Shown piece by piece: positions 1 through 9,831 of a DNA stretch of 27,570 nucleotides (within the stretch, counting starts at the first letter, position 1; each line of letters begins with the position of its first letter). This stretch comes from Oligoflexales bacterium. Its GTDB lineage: Bacteria; Bdellovibrionota_B; Oligoflexia; Oligoflexales; Bog-1112. Location of the stretch: contig JBGCDR010000454.1 in the NCBI GenBank assembly GCA_045105515.1, positions 1-27,570 of the forward strand. The letters are read 5' to 3'. A program made the position numbers and the translations under genes. The notes below the pieces were generated by a model. The model was not told the origin of the DNA. It saw nothing but the letters and a program-made list of their open reading frames with translations, and made no database searches.

Positions 1-99
1 CAAATGGCAAGTAAAGTTAGGTCAACTCAAGGATTATCTTTGCACATCTTCGGTAGACTAGCTGCTGGAATGCTGATGAGAATTTTACCAAGTGCCTAA
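1..99 (+). CDS. 3' end of a gene entering the window (QMASKVRSTQGLSLHIFGRLAAGMLMRILPSA*), possibly the C-terminus of an IS982-like DDE transposase
   Basis: Frame 1 is open from base 1 to TAA at 97-99. The 'KxRSxxGLxLxIxxxLxA' pattern loosely resembles IS982-type transposase C-termini, but only 32 residues are visible. Confidence 0.3.
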   Translation, partial: QMASKVRSTQGLSLHIFGRLAAGMLMRILPSA

Positions 100-459
100 A
101 TCGGCCTATACCAGGAGTTTCAACTGTTGATTGGCATTATAAAATATTTTGGTAAAATGCAAATGGATTTTGGAAATATAGACTCAAATCAAAAAATTTA
201 CATTTTCTATCATCCCCAAAACCTTTCTTAGAAAGGCTTGTGGGTGGATCTCCTTCGGGTAAATAGGTAAATTGTGAGAAACCCTCGACCCCTCCTCCTG
301 GACCGGTATGAAGGCATATTCATGCCCCTTAAATTTTGGATCTAGGATTGATTTGAAAACATGTAACGGCAGGATAGATGGTTAAATTGTAATCAGATGC
401 ATCAAAGTAAATCACTAGCAACGATAAACTTAAGAATGACTTAGGTGAATTTAGAAAAA

Positions 460-3429
460 TTATTCATAGACCGATCTTCCAAAGGCTCTCTGATTCACTA
501 CACAGTAATCACGAAGCCCGGAGAATTCACAAAAAATCGGCATCCAATGATAATAATCAGTTCTACATTCCAAATCATCTGAGGAAACTGTTTTCACAAT
601 TTCATCAAATTGCTCGCTGGTGATATCCTCTGGAAGAGGTGTGATTTTTAACTTACAATATTTTTTCTTTTCCTCAGCCAACTTAGCTGTTTCTTCTTTA
701 GAATGCTCCTTGATTCCATCATTTGTAAAGGCCCATGCGAGCATGAAACTTTGTTTTTGTCCTGAACTCGGATATGCTTCAAAAATAACCAAAACACTAT
801 TATCAAGAAAACGAACTTGAGGTCTGCCCAAGCATTCAAGCATTTCTTGAGGTATATCTAATGTAAAGCTTGGATTACTAGACCACAGCTGCTCTGGTGT
901 TCCCATTATAAATTTTAGATTGACAGCTTGGTTCCCATTATTTTTAACCATTTGTCCCACAATCATGTTTTCAGGAAGTGAAGGATCTCGATAAATAGAC
1001 TCAAGAGTAAACTCCTCTCTTACCTTATTGATAGACCAGCTCTGGTCTTCTTTTTTCATAGAATAAACAGCCGTTTCACCAAATGCTAAAGCTGAATTGA
1101 CGTCCGTAGCAATTTGCCTTTTTATGTCAACTGGCACCTCAAAATCAGCATCCAAACTGATTTGGTTTCCGATAAAACTACTGATACTGATTCTATTTTG
1201 TTGATGATAGCGAGTATTTCTACAAACATATTCGTTAGCATATATTTTGCCATTTTCATCATAATTTGTAGTTTTATAAGGTATAAATAGTCGCGATTCA
1301 GAACTCTGAAAATGGAAAAGTTGATCATCACGTTCCACATTATTGTAGCTATTATCACTTTCAGATCCCAGCAAAGTACTATCCTCTTCAGAAATCTGCT
1401 CCAGATTACCGACATCAAATAAGCTTAGTTTTACATGAGTAGTTCTGCCATCTTGGCCGTTTTTATCCCCACGTCCAATTCCTATCAATTTGTTATTATG
1501 CAAGATTAATTGTGTCGAAAAACCAGGTATTTTTAACTCACTAGCTAAAATGGGTGTGTGCGGAACTGACAAATCTATAGCATACAGAGGATCCACGTCT
1601 CGATATGTTACTAAGTACAAAGCTTGATCTTCAAATAAAACAGCTCTAAGTCGTTCTCCGAGACCCAGACCTCCTAATCTATGAGTTTTGACCAGAGTAC
1701 TTTGTCCTACAGCATAAGTGTGGAGTGCTGTTTCATTATTACGATTCCCCCAAAATCCATCATTTTCATTTGTTGTCGTGACTACATAAAAATGATCGTT
1801 TTTAAAGTAAAAGCTTTTATGCTCCTTAGCATAACCATCTACCTTCAAAACATCTTCCGATGCTGGATCACCAATGCGAGTAAAGCCCTCGGGGGTAAAA
1901 CGATAAATGATCATTTCACTTGAAGTTTCCCACTCATAGGTAAAACTCTGAACATTGTTGGTGATTTGTTCTCTTGCTAAACATTTGCCACGCCAGTATT
2001 CATGTTCCTTGCACTCCTTGCCTTTATACACAGTGGTAGCTTCAATAAATTTTCCTTCGTTTTCGAGCAGGCAGGAAAAGAAATTTGCAGCATCTGCACA
2101 AGAGAAATTTGGATCATAGTCCGGGTTAGGAATCTCCTCCCAGACACTCCGACAATGATTATAAGTATATTTGCGCCATTGTGGCTGATAGTCTGTACAC
2201 TGCCAATAGCTATAACTTGAATTTTGGATTCCTGTTATCTTACGTTGGTTAACAGTCCTACTAAGAACCAAATATTTATCAGATGCACTAATAAACTGAT
2301 TATAAGTTAAACTACGCCAGTCAACTTTTCCAATACTCTCTTCGCCCTTGGCCAATGGCTCTTCCAATAGTACATCTTGATCGAGAAAGACATCTTCAAA
2401 TTTTAAATCTAAGTTTTCTTTAAGATCTAGAACTGTCAACATCGTATTATTTGAAACCGCATAATAGGGAGATATCGCAACATCTGCTATGGGGGCTTCT
2501 CTAGCAATACTCTCATTCGGTTCGGTCGGCACTTCTTCTTTTAAGGATGAAAAAACTGCTAAGGAATCATTGAATAAGCGAGAATCGATGATTTTCTGTA
2601 AGCCAAGAATGTGATGATCCATATAAGAAAGACCAGAATCTTCTATTTTATAGCGAATAATTGCGCTGTTATTCTTCGGATGGAAACCATTGATCAGCAG
2701 AACAACCATCCCATTATGAATATAAAAGTTTTTTGCTTCTCCTGGTTGCAATAAATAGCAGGAAAGTTTCGGACCACTTTCTTCAAGTTTAACAAAGAAC
2801 AAGCCATAGACTTTCGAAAGGTAAAGAACCCGATCTCCAAATCGTCCGATTAGATCTGCGCGTTTTATCTCGACAGCAAACTCATCACTAGCTGCATCAT
2901 CTACGCTTTCGCTTTCTAAAACGCTGGGAGCAGCACGTTCGGCACCATTTCTATAAATCTGATCTTTAAGAAATTCCTTAACAAAAATTGGATTGCGAAA
3001 GTTAGTTTCTGACCTTAACCTATAATTATAAGAAAACCCACCGAGTTTCTCACTTAAATCCGTAAATTTTTCACTCGAGCCATAATCGCCGCATTGGGTA
3101 AATCCAATAGGATCAAAACTTAAATTTTGGATATCTGTCAGTGAAAGCCTACCAGAACTTGGTAAATTTGCTTCAAAACTTCTATCTCTTGTTTGCAACC
3201 TTAATCGATCAGAATCATCAAAATTTTTCAATTCCTCGGGGCTAATATGTTCTAATGGATCCAATGGATCAAAATTTTTTCCAGAGTTTTCTCCTTCTTC
3301 TTCTATTTTCTTAGAACCTGGCTGCTCATCACCTCCTCCATCAAACCCTTTTTTAATTTGATCTACAAGAGAACATGAAATATTTACTGACAATAGAAAT
3401 ACAAAAATATTTCGAAGGAAAAATGACAT
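460..3429 (-). CDS. Secreted/lipoprotein with a beta-propeller domain (COG4880 / Beta_propel-like)
   Basis: 989-aa ORF with a hydrophobic N-terminus ending in Cys (LLSVNISC). Family-type motifs: GERLRAVLF, YLVTYRDVDPLYAIDLS, ELKIPGFS and VKLSLFDV. Confidence 0.85.
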   Translation of the reverse strand: MSFFLRNIFVFLLSVNISCSLVDQIKKGFDGGGDEQPGSKKIEEEGENSGKNFDPLDPLEHISPEELKNFDDSDRLRLQTRDRSFEANLPSSGRLSLTDIQNLSFDPIGFTQCGDYGSSEKFTDLSEKLGGFSYNYRLRSETNFRNPIFVKEFLKDQIYRNGAERAAPSVLESESVDDAASDEFAVEIKRADLIGRFGDRVLYLSKVYGLFFVKLEESGPKLSCYLLQPGEAKNFYIHNGMVVLLINGFHPKNNSAIIRYKIEDSGLSYMDHHILGLQKIIDSRLFNDSLAVFSSLKEEVPTEPNESIAREAPIADVAISPYYAVSNNTMLTVLDLKENLDLKFEDVFLDQDVLLEEPLAKGEESIGKVDWRSLTYNQFISASDKYLVLSRTVNQRKITGIQNSSYSYWQCTDYQPQWRKYTYNHCRSVWEEIPNPDYDPNFSCADAANFFSCLLENEGKFIEATTVYKGKECKEHEYWRGKCLAREQITNNVQSFTYEWETSSEMIIYRFTPEGFTRIGDPASEDVLKVDGYAKEHKSFYFKNDHFYVVTTTNENDGFWGNRNNETALHTYAVGQSTLVKTHRLGGLGLGERLRAVLFEDQALYLVTYRDVDPLYAIDLSVPHTPILASELKIPGFSTQLILHNNKLIGIGRGDKNGQDGRTTHVKLSLFDVGNLEQISEEDSTLLGSESDNSYNNVERDDQLFHFQSSESRLFIPYKTTNYDENGKIYANEYVCRNTRYHQQNRISISSFIGNQISLDADFEVPVDIKRQIATDVNSALAFGETAVYSMKKEDQSWSINKVREEFTLESIYRDPSLPENMIVGQMVKNNGNQAVNLKFIMGTPEQLWSSNPSFTLDIPQEMLECLGRPQVRFLDNSVLVIFEAYPSSGQKQSFMLAWAFTNDGIKEHSKEETAKLAEEKKKYCKLKITPLPEDITSEQFDEIVKTVSSDDLECRTDYYHWMPIFCEFSGLRDYCVVNQRAFGRSVYE

Positions 3430-3468
3430 AGCGTAAAACCTTTCAATAAGACCCTTTTTCTTATCATC

Positions 3469-3495
3469 TTATCGGCATTTTTTTAAAGGTCATAA
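3469..3495 (-). promoter_or_regulatory. Putative sigma28 (FliA)-type promoter of the beta-propeller gene
   Basis: Minus strand reads TTAT-N15-GCCGATAA. The -10 is a perfect consensus at 3469-3476, 40 bp upstream of the ATG, but the -35 is weak. Confidence 0.5.
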
Positions 3496-3663
3496 GTTAA
3501 TCAATTAATAATTCATATTATCTGCTACTTATGATTTTATTTATTAATTTTATTTTAGATTTTTTGGTCTCTGATAAATGTAAGAATAAAAGGGAAATGG
3601 GGAGGATGTACAAACATCTCTTCGGGACTAGGTTTTAAAGCTGGAGAATTCTCAAAATCAGAT

Positions 3664-4692
3664 TCAATGGCCACATTCACATGGCGAGTCGCCATTTGTA
3701 TCTTCATTATCCGTATCTTGTTCATCATTATCTACTAAAGTTCCACACTCGGTATCATCTAAATGAGTTAAGATACTATCAATACTTTCTTGGGAAAATC
3801 CCATTGCATCGAAACTAACGTAGGGTCGCATTATATAATTATCGGTAGTTTCCAGGTGCTGAGCTTTAAAGTTATGCCCCATTTCATGACTTAAAATCAC
3901 TGCAGTTAAATTATGGTTATCATATCCTCCATAATTAACACCGTAATTATAAGTTCCCCCACAAGCTGATCCAATAAAAGCACAACCTACAGCTCCACCA
4001 GAAGCTTTATGGCCAGATAAAAACTGAAATAGAATGGTCTCATCATCTTCGAAGCCAAATTCTACCTTACCTTCATTTTCCATATAATTGCGGAATTCGT
4101 AAATTAAACCATTTCCAGAGCACAAATTATCCCTTTGTGTAAAAACACTATCAGTAGCATCACAATCATCAGGGGATACTGCAGGATTTGCAAGAGTTAG
4201 CTTAACGCACATGTCCTTTTCGTAAAACGCAGAAGCTTTTGCAAGTATGTCTTCGACAGCTTCTTGTGGAGTTTTGCCCCTATCGCTAGATTGTTGACAA
4301 AATTCATTATCATAAACTATTGAAATCGGAATTTCGGTGTAACAGCTGCAAGTATTTTGTGCTGTTTTACAATTCGATACTACCGAGCTTGTTTTTTTCT
4401 TTAAGGCTCTTCTTAGATGTGGAGGATGAATCGCATCATTGTATAAACCCTGATCTGCGTACAAAATAGCTATTTCTGGTTCTGGTTCATAGTCTTGTGA
4501 ATCAGAAGATGACGAAGATGATGAGGACGAAGATGATGAGGACGAAGATGATGATGAGGACGAAGATGATGATGAGGACGAAGATGATGATGAGGACGAG
4601 GATGAGGATGAGGATGAGGATGAGGATGAGGATGAGGAATGAGAAAGCCCACCACTCATTAAGAGTGCTAGAGTTAATAATTTTGCTAACAT
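3664..4692 (-). CDS. Secreted metzincin zinc metalloprotease (M12B/reprolysin-like) with an N-terminal poly-Ser tract
   Basis: Signal peptide MLAKLLTLALLMSGGLSH, zinc motif HEMGHNFKAQH, Met-turn YIM, upstream VGCAFIGSAC motif and several Cys. Confidence 0.9.
   Translation of the reverse strand: MLAKLLTLALLMSGGLSHSSSSSSSSSSSSSSSSSSSSSSSSSSSSSSSSSSSSSSSSSSSSSDSQDYEPEPEIAILYADQGLYNDAIHPPHLRRALKKKTSSVVSNCKTAQNTCSCYTEIPISIVYDNEFCQQSSDRGKTPQEAVEDILAKASAFYEKDMCVKLTLANPAVSPDDCDATDSVFTQRDNLCSGNGLIYEFRNYMENEGKVEFGFEDDETILFQFLSGHKASGGAVGCAFIGSACGGTYNYGVNYGGYDNHNLTAVILSHEMGHNFKAQHLETTDNYIMRPYVSFDAMGFSQESIDSILTHLDDTECGTLVDNDEQDTDNEDTNGDSPCECGH
4504..4638 (-). repeat. Tandem repeat encoding 45 consecutive serines
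   Basis: Plus strand shows 15/18-bp GAGGACGAAGAT(GAT)n units followed by (GAGGAT)n hexamers. On the minus strand these are TCN codons for residues 19-63. Confidence 0.95.
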
Positions 4693-5087
4693 AAAGAATT
4701 ACCTTATACTAAATACCAATTTCAATCACGAGACTTGATTAGAAAAAATCACTTAGCTAGTCAATGTTTTTTGGTGGATTTGATAATAAAGTATATTCCT
4801 TAGACAATTAATTTTTGTGTATTTTCCTTCACCCAAAGTTCCATTTTTTACTTATTCCATAATTTAAATAAGAACTTATATCAAAAATAACTGATATTTC
4901 GTCTTGTTGGTTTAAGTCGACAAGAGGCCTGGGTACAAGTTTGGACTCGGGTTCGCTAAGATCTGATGTTGATTTTTATCTCATCAATAAAAAAACTATA
5001 ATTATAAATGGCAAAATTCATTATGATTTAAGATAACTATATGTCCGAATTATTTTTTAGTTTAGGTAACTGATCTAGGAGTGTTAG

Positions 5088-5726
5088 ATGAGACTCACCG
5101 AACATAACAAAGTTTTGGTTCATCAAATTTTTGAAGCTGCAGAACTTATAGGTTTCGAGACTAGGAACAAGTACGAGATTCTAGATGAAAATCTAAAACG
5201 CATCGCCTATGCTGCAGAGCAGCAAAAAGGATTTTTTGGTTTTTTCATGCGCCAATTTCTCGGACATTGGCGTACTTTTACAGTCCATTTCTTTAATATG
5301 CAGCGGCGAACTACAATAATAGCTCACCACCCATTCCGAATATTTTTTCAGCGTCTTGAAGTAAGGGATGGAAATGGGAATTTTATTGGAGCACTACAAC
5401 AAAGATTTTCAATATTTTCAAAAAAATTTGATGTACATAATGGAAAGAATCAAGTGATCATGAAAATGAGTTCACCAATTTGGAAATTTTGGACTTTTCC
5501 TTTTTATAACCACGGTAATGAGTTAGCAAGAGTGGAGAAAAAATGGTCTGGTATCTTGTCAGAAGCCTTTACTGATAAGGATAAGTTTTTAGTTACTTTT
5601 GGCAGCAAGCGCCTAGGGGAAGACCTTCGACAATTAATACTTGCCGCTTCAGTCTTTATTGATTTACAGTATTTTGAGAAAAAAGCCGGAAAAGGAGGAA
5701 ACCCTTTGATGAATATAATGGACTAA
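5088..5726 (+). CDS. Phospholipid scramblase-like / LURP-one-related (tubby C-terminal fold) protein
   Basis: Motifs GFETRNKYEI, RQFLGHWRTF, IGALQQRFS and VEKKWSG..EAFTDKDKF.V.F...A.VFID..YFE. AGGAG ribosome-binding site at 5077-5081. Confidence 0.85.
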   Translation: MRLTEHNKVLVHQIFEAAELIGFETRNKYEILDENLKRIAYAAEQQKGFFGFFMRQFLGHWRTFTVHFFNMQRRTTIIAHHPFRIFFQRLEVRDGNGNFIGALQQRFSIFSKKFDVHNGKNQVIMKMSSPIWKFWTFPFYNHGNELARVEKKWSGILSEAFTDKDKFLVTFGSKRLGEDLRQLILAASVFIDLQYFEKKAGKGGNPLMNIMD

Positions 5727-5859
5727 TATTCGTATATTTAATCATGTTAATGGGCATTTATTGCAGTTCTTAGTTTAAACAACACAAATTATACAACATG
5801 GGTCCTGATTGTAATATAATGCCCACACATCTACCATTTAACTGTGATAATATCTTAAG

Positions 5860-7092
5860 GTGGACATAGCTTTAGCACAAAAAAATGGTATATCCATGAA
5901 CCAAACTGAAATCAACAAAGAAGTCTTTTCAAATCGGATCCTGGTGCTCACTAAGGAAGGGGGCCACCGTGAAAATATTAGTAAAAACCTTAAAAAAGGT
6001 GGATTTACCTGCGATTTTATTAGTAATTATCGTAATGCGTCACAGGTAATCAATCATACCAAGCCCGGTATTCTCCTCCATGATTGGGATGCCTTTGACA
6101 CTGATCAAAATTGTCTGTTCCACCAAATGATTGCAAAAATGACCAGCCTCACCCATCTTTGTAGGATAACTTACGCTAAAAAACTAAATCCTACTATTTT
6201 TGCAACTGCTTATGATACAGGGATCGATCGAGTCATTACTCTAACCAACTTACAATTAAATATCTGCGAAGAAATTCGCATGGCACGCTCAGCTATTTCA
6301 AATATAAACAAACTACAAAAATTGACTAGATTGATCCATAGTAATCAGCATGAATATTCCCAAAGTGAAATAGACCAAACCGTATCGGAAGCTTATTCAC
6401 AATACCCTTATGATGGTATTGTTAAGCTAGAATTTGGCAACCTTTGCTTCCGCAACAACAAACTCAACAAAGCGTTAACTATTGGCGAAGAATTGCTTAA
6501 CCAAGATCTAACCAATGTTAGGGCTATGAATCTGGTCTCTAGAATCTATATGAGACAAAATAAGCATGATGAGGCTCTTACTGTGCTTGAAAATGCCAAT
6601 ATACTCGCTCCAAAAAACATCCATCGACTCCTTGAGCTGGGGGATATTTGCATCCAGACCAACCAAGGTCCAAAAGCAAGAAAGTATTACGAAGAAGCAT
6701 ATGAAAGCGCCCCTGAGGATCCCAATACCATAGGAGCACTGGGAAAATTTGAAGTTCATGAAGGCAATCAGAATGCTGCACTAGAAATATTTAAAAAAAC
6801 TATGTCAGAAGAGGAAGTAGCTGGTTTTCTTAATAATGCAGGGATTCGTGCAGTAAGAAATTCGAATATCAAAGAAGCTTTGAAGCTTTACGAGCTGGCA
6901 ATCAACTCGCTCAAAACCAACAAGTATGTATCACAGCTTTATTTTAATATGGCATTGGCTCAAAAGCGCTTAAAAAACCTCGAAGCCTGCCGAGATTATT
7001 TAAAAAAATCTCTAGAACACAAAACCGACTTTTCTAAAGCAGCTAAGCAACTAAAAGAAGTTGAGAAGCTACTAAAGAAAAAATCTGCTTAA
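5860..7092 (+). CDS. Degenerate receiver domain plus TPR-repeat protein (start may be ATG 5896)
   Basis: N-terminal RILVL...PGILLHDWD receiver-like pattern. TPR helices include LNNAGI..., LYFNMALA and LLELGDICIQ. Confidence 0.75.
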   Translation: MDIALAQKNGISMNQTEINKEVFSNRILVLTKEGGHRENISKNLKKGGFTCDFISNYRNASQVINHTKPGILLHDWDAFDTDQNCLFHQMIAKMTSLTHLCRITYAKKLNPTIFATAYDTGIDRVITLTNLQLNICEEIRMARSAISNINKLQKLTRLIHSNQHEYSQSEIDQTVSEAYSQYPYDGIVKLEFGNLCFRNNKLNKALTIGEELLNQDLTNVRAMNLVSRIYMRQNKHDEALTVLENANILAPKNIHRLLELGDICIQTNQGPKARKYYEEAYESAPEDPNTIGALGKFEVHEGNQNAALEIFKKTMSEEEVAGFLNNAGIRAVRNSNIKEALKLYELAINSLKTNKYVSQLYFNMALAQKRLKNLEACRDYLKKSLEHKTDFSKAAKQLKEVEKLLKKKSA

Positions 7093-7120
7093 TCTTTTAC
7101 AAAGCATTGGGGAAATGCTC

Positions 7121-9706
7121 TCACTTACCAATAGGCTCCATACCTAAAAGTTCAATGAGAGGCTTACCGTGATCTTTTGCTAGCCCTAAATCACAATTAA
7201 ACTTTATCTGCCAGTCATTATATTCTTTATCATCCACCAAGGTTAACTCAATCAATAGACTGTTACCATCTTCAGTAGCACCAATATTAGTATTCTTTGG
7301 GCTTCGAGCTCTTGGATCAATAATAATGCGCTCATGGTCTTCAAAGTAGGCCTGAACTAATATTTTCAAATAATCTTCTTTCCACTGAGTCCCCGATTCA
7401 GGAATATAGATTAATTCAAGACAGCGTTCATATTGTTCATAAGCCAAAGCACGCAAAAAGTGAAATACTGCATTTCTTATCATAACGGAAAAGGCTTTTT
7501 CATTTTTCGTTATATCAAGCGAATCATCTTGAATATTTTCTTCTAGTTGCACAGGAGTCCAAGTAGGATCTTTTAATCTCTCCCACTCGTCTACCAAGCT
7601 AGAGTCTGTCGTTTTGATGATTGTCTCAAAGTAAGCGATCATATCATCAACTTCATCGTTTTTGAGGTCAAAAGGCACTGTTTGCACCAAAACTTTGTAA
7701 ACACTCGACAAATATCTTAGCAATAAACCTTCGACACGCTCAAGACCGTAGCCTTTAATATACTCCCCGAAAGATTGATATGTCTCAAACATCTCTCTGG
7801 CAATCGACTTAGGTCGAATATTTTCATGCCCTACCCAAGGGTGTTTAGCTGAAAATTGATTAAACTCTTCGTAAATAAACTCTTTATGTGGCTTCGGGTA
7901 TTCAAGCTCATCAAGAATATTCATCCTTTCATCATAATCAAGGCCTTCAGCCTTTAAATCGTTGACTTTATCTCTTTTTATTTTATCAAGCTGCCTATGC
8001 AATATTAGGGTTGGATTTTCAATAATTGATTCCGTCAAAGTCAGCATTTTTAGCGCATAATCTTCGGCCATTGGATCTAAGAAAGGTAGAGTATCAAGTA
8101 GAAACAAAGACAAAGCATGATTCAAAGAAAAATCATCCTGTAAATCTACATTAACTCGGATATTTGTGTCTTGCTGTTCCTCTTTTGGAATAAACTCGAC
8201 AATCTGTCTATCAACGAGTGAACGAAACAGTTGAAATGCACGTTTCCGCAAATGCACCTTAGACTTATCAGACTCGTGACAGCTGCGGATAAGTTGCTTC
8301 ATTGCACGGCAACCATGCTCACTCCTACTCAAAACATTGAGAAGCATAGCATGAGATACTTGAAACGAAGAGTTCAATTTTTCAGGAGGAGACTCTATCA
8401 TTTTTTCGAATGTTTCTCCGCTCCAGTGCACATAACCTTTATCAGGTGGCTTTACTTTTACCATCTTCTTTTTGGCTTTAGGATTAAGCTGGGCCTTAAG
8501 TTCCATTTTTTTATTTTCAATAACATGAACTGGGGCTTGGGCAATAACCGTTCCTTGCGAATCGAACCCTTTTCTTCCTGCTCTTCCACTAATCTGATGG
8601 AAATCCCTGATACTCAAGAGAGTGGTCTTTTCACCATTAAACTTACATAATTTTGTGAAAAGTACCGTTCTTATAGGAACATTGACACCAACACCAAGAG
8701 TATCGGTTCCACATATAAGCTTAAGCATCCCTTTTTGAGCTAGCCGCTCAACAAGAACCCGGTATTTAGGCAAAAGGCCTGCATGGTGAATCCCGACTCC
8801 ATGCTTAAGCAATTTTTTAATTTCTTTGCCATAAGGGCTAGAAAATTGAGTGTCTTTGATTTCTTCGTTAATTAAATTTTTTTCATCTTTTGAACAAAAA
8901 TTAATGCTTAAAAAAGCCTGTGCATTTTGAGCACTCTCTCTTTGCGTAAAATTAACAATGTAGATCGGAGCTTTTCCAGCAGCAAGCAGATCTTCTACGG
9001 TTTTATCTAGTGAAGACTCTTTATAGTCGAATTCCAGAGGAACAGGCCTTTGGCCCGACTTGACCACATGGGTGGGGCTATCAGTAAGCTTATTGAGCGC
9101 AGCCTCAAAAGAATCCGTATCACCCATTGTAGCTGACATCAAAAGAAAACGGCTATGAGGCAATGTCAAGAGTGGGATTTGCCATGCTACTCCGCGGTCT
9201 CGGTCCGAGTAATAGTGAAACTCGTCCATAATAACGTCATCTACAGGAGTTCGATCACCATCTCTCAAAGCCATATTCATAAGAATTTCAGCTGTGCAGC
9301 ATATTATTGGTGCATCACTATTTACTGAGGCATCACCTGTAACCATACCGACTTGATCGGGCCCAAATTCTTTGCACAAAGCAAGAAATTTTTCATTAAC
9401 CAGGGCCTTTATAGGACAGGTATAGAAAGATCGCCTCCCACTTGCAAGGGAGTGAAAGTGCAAAGCAGTTGCAACCAGAGATTTCCCTGATCCGGTCGGC
9501 GTATTAAGGATCACATTATCACCAGCATAGATCTGCAATATCGCTTCTTCTTGGGCTGGGTAGAGTTCTAAACCTATATCAGTTACATAAGATAAAAAAT
9601 GATCTAAGGACTCCTCACTTTCCATTTGAAAGTCATGGTCTTTTAGCCTTTTGAGGAGTGGGTGATCCTCAGCTGATAGCTTTACTTCCGCTTTTCCTTG
9701 ATCCAT
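7121..9706 (-). CDS. Ski2-like DExH-box RNA helicase with a probable DUF3516 C-terminal region
   Basis: SF2 motifs [45 protein letters not shown] and [11 protein letters not shown]-terminal EGLLLRYLS and DSSLVDEWE motifs. Confidence 0.92.
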   Translation of the reverse strand: MDQGKAEVKLSAEDHPLLKRLKDHDFQMESEESLDHFLSYVTDIGLELYPAQEEAILQIYAGDNVILNTPTGSGKSLVATALHFHSLASGRRSFYTCPIKALVNEKFLALCKEFGPDQVGMVTGDASVNSDAPIICCTAEILMNMALRDGDRTPVDDVIMDEFHYYSDRDRGVAWQIPLLTLPHSRFLLMSATMGDTDSFEAALNKLTDSPTHVVKSGQRPVPLEFDYKESSLDKTVEDLLAAGKAPIYIVNFTQRESAQNAQAFLSINFCSKDEKNLINEEIKDTQFSSPYGKEIKKLLKHGVGIHHAGLLPKYRVLVERLAQKGMLKLICGTDTLGVGVNVPIRTVLFTKLCKFNGEKTTLLSIRDFHQISGRAGRKGFDSQGTVIAQAPVHVIENKKMELKAQLNPKAKKKMVKVKPPDKGYVHWSGETFEKMIESPPEKLNSSFQVSHAMLLNVLSRSEHGCRAMKQLIRSCHESDKSKVHLRKRAFQLFRSLVDRQIVEFIPKEEQQDTNIRVNVDLQDDFSLNHALSLFLLDTLPFLDPMAEDYALKMLTLTESIIENPTLILHRQLDKIKRDKVNDLKAEGLDYDERMNILDELEYPKPHKEFIYEEFNQFSAKHPWVGHENIRPKSIAREMFETYQSFGEYIKGYGLERVEGLLLRYLSSVYKVLVQTVPFDLKNDEVDDMIAYFETIIKTTDSSLVDEWERLKDPTWTPVQLEENIQDDSLDITKNEKAFSVMIRNAVFHFLRALAYEQYERCLELIYIPESGTQWKEDYLKILVQAYFEDHERIIIDPRARSPKNTNIGATEDGNSLLIELTLVDDKEYNDWQIKFNCDLGLAKDHGKPLIELLGMEPIGK

Positions 9707-9831
9707 ATCTTAATCACCTTAAGCTTAAACCTAAATATTCTTCATGAAGTTCTACCTATTTTAGCTGGAAGGGAAAACAGTAAATTAATGGCCATTCTTC
9801 GAAAGGGCACAGCTTTGCGTAAGACTGAGCA

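Noticed and set aside
4470..4694. His/Pro-rich (4470..4655) and Met/Arg-rich (4497..4694) ORFs, and a poly-Asp/Glu plus-strand frame
   Set aside because: These are alternative readings of the poly-Ser repeat inside the well-supported protease gene.
7121..9706. Helicase as part of an anti-phage defence system
   Set aside because: It looks like the widespread stand-alone DUF3516-type helicase, with no nuclease or defence partner adjacent.
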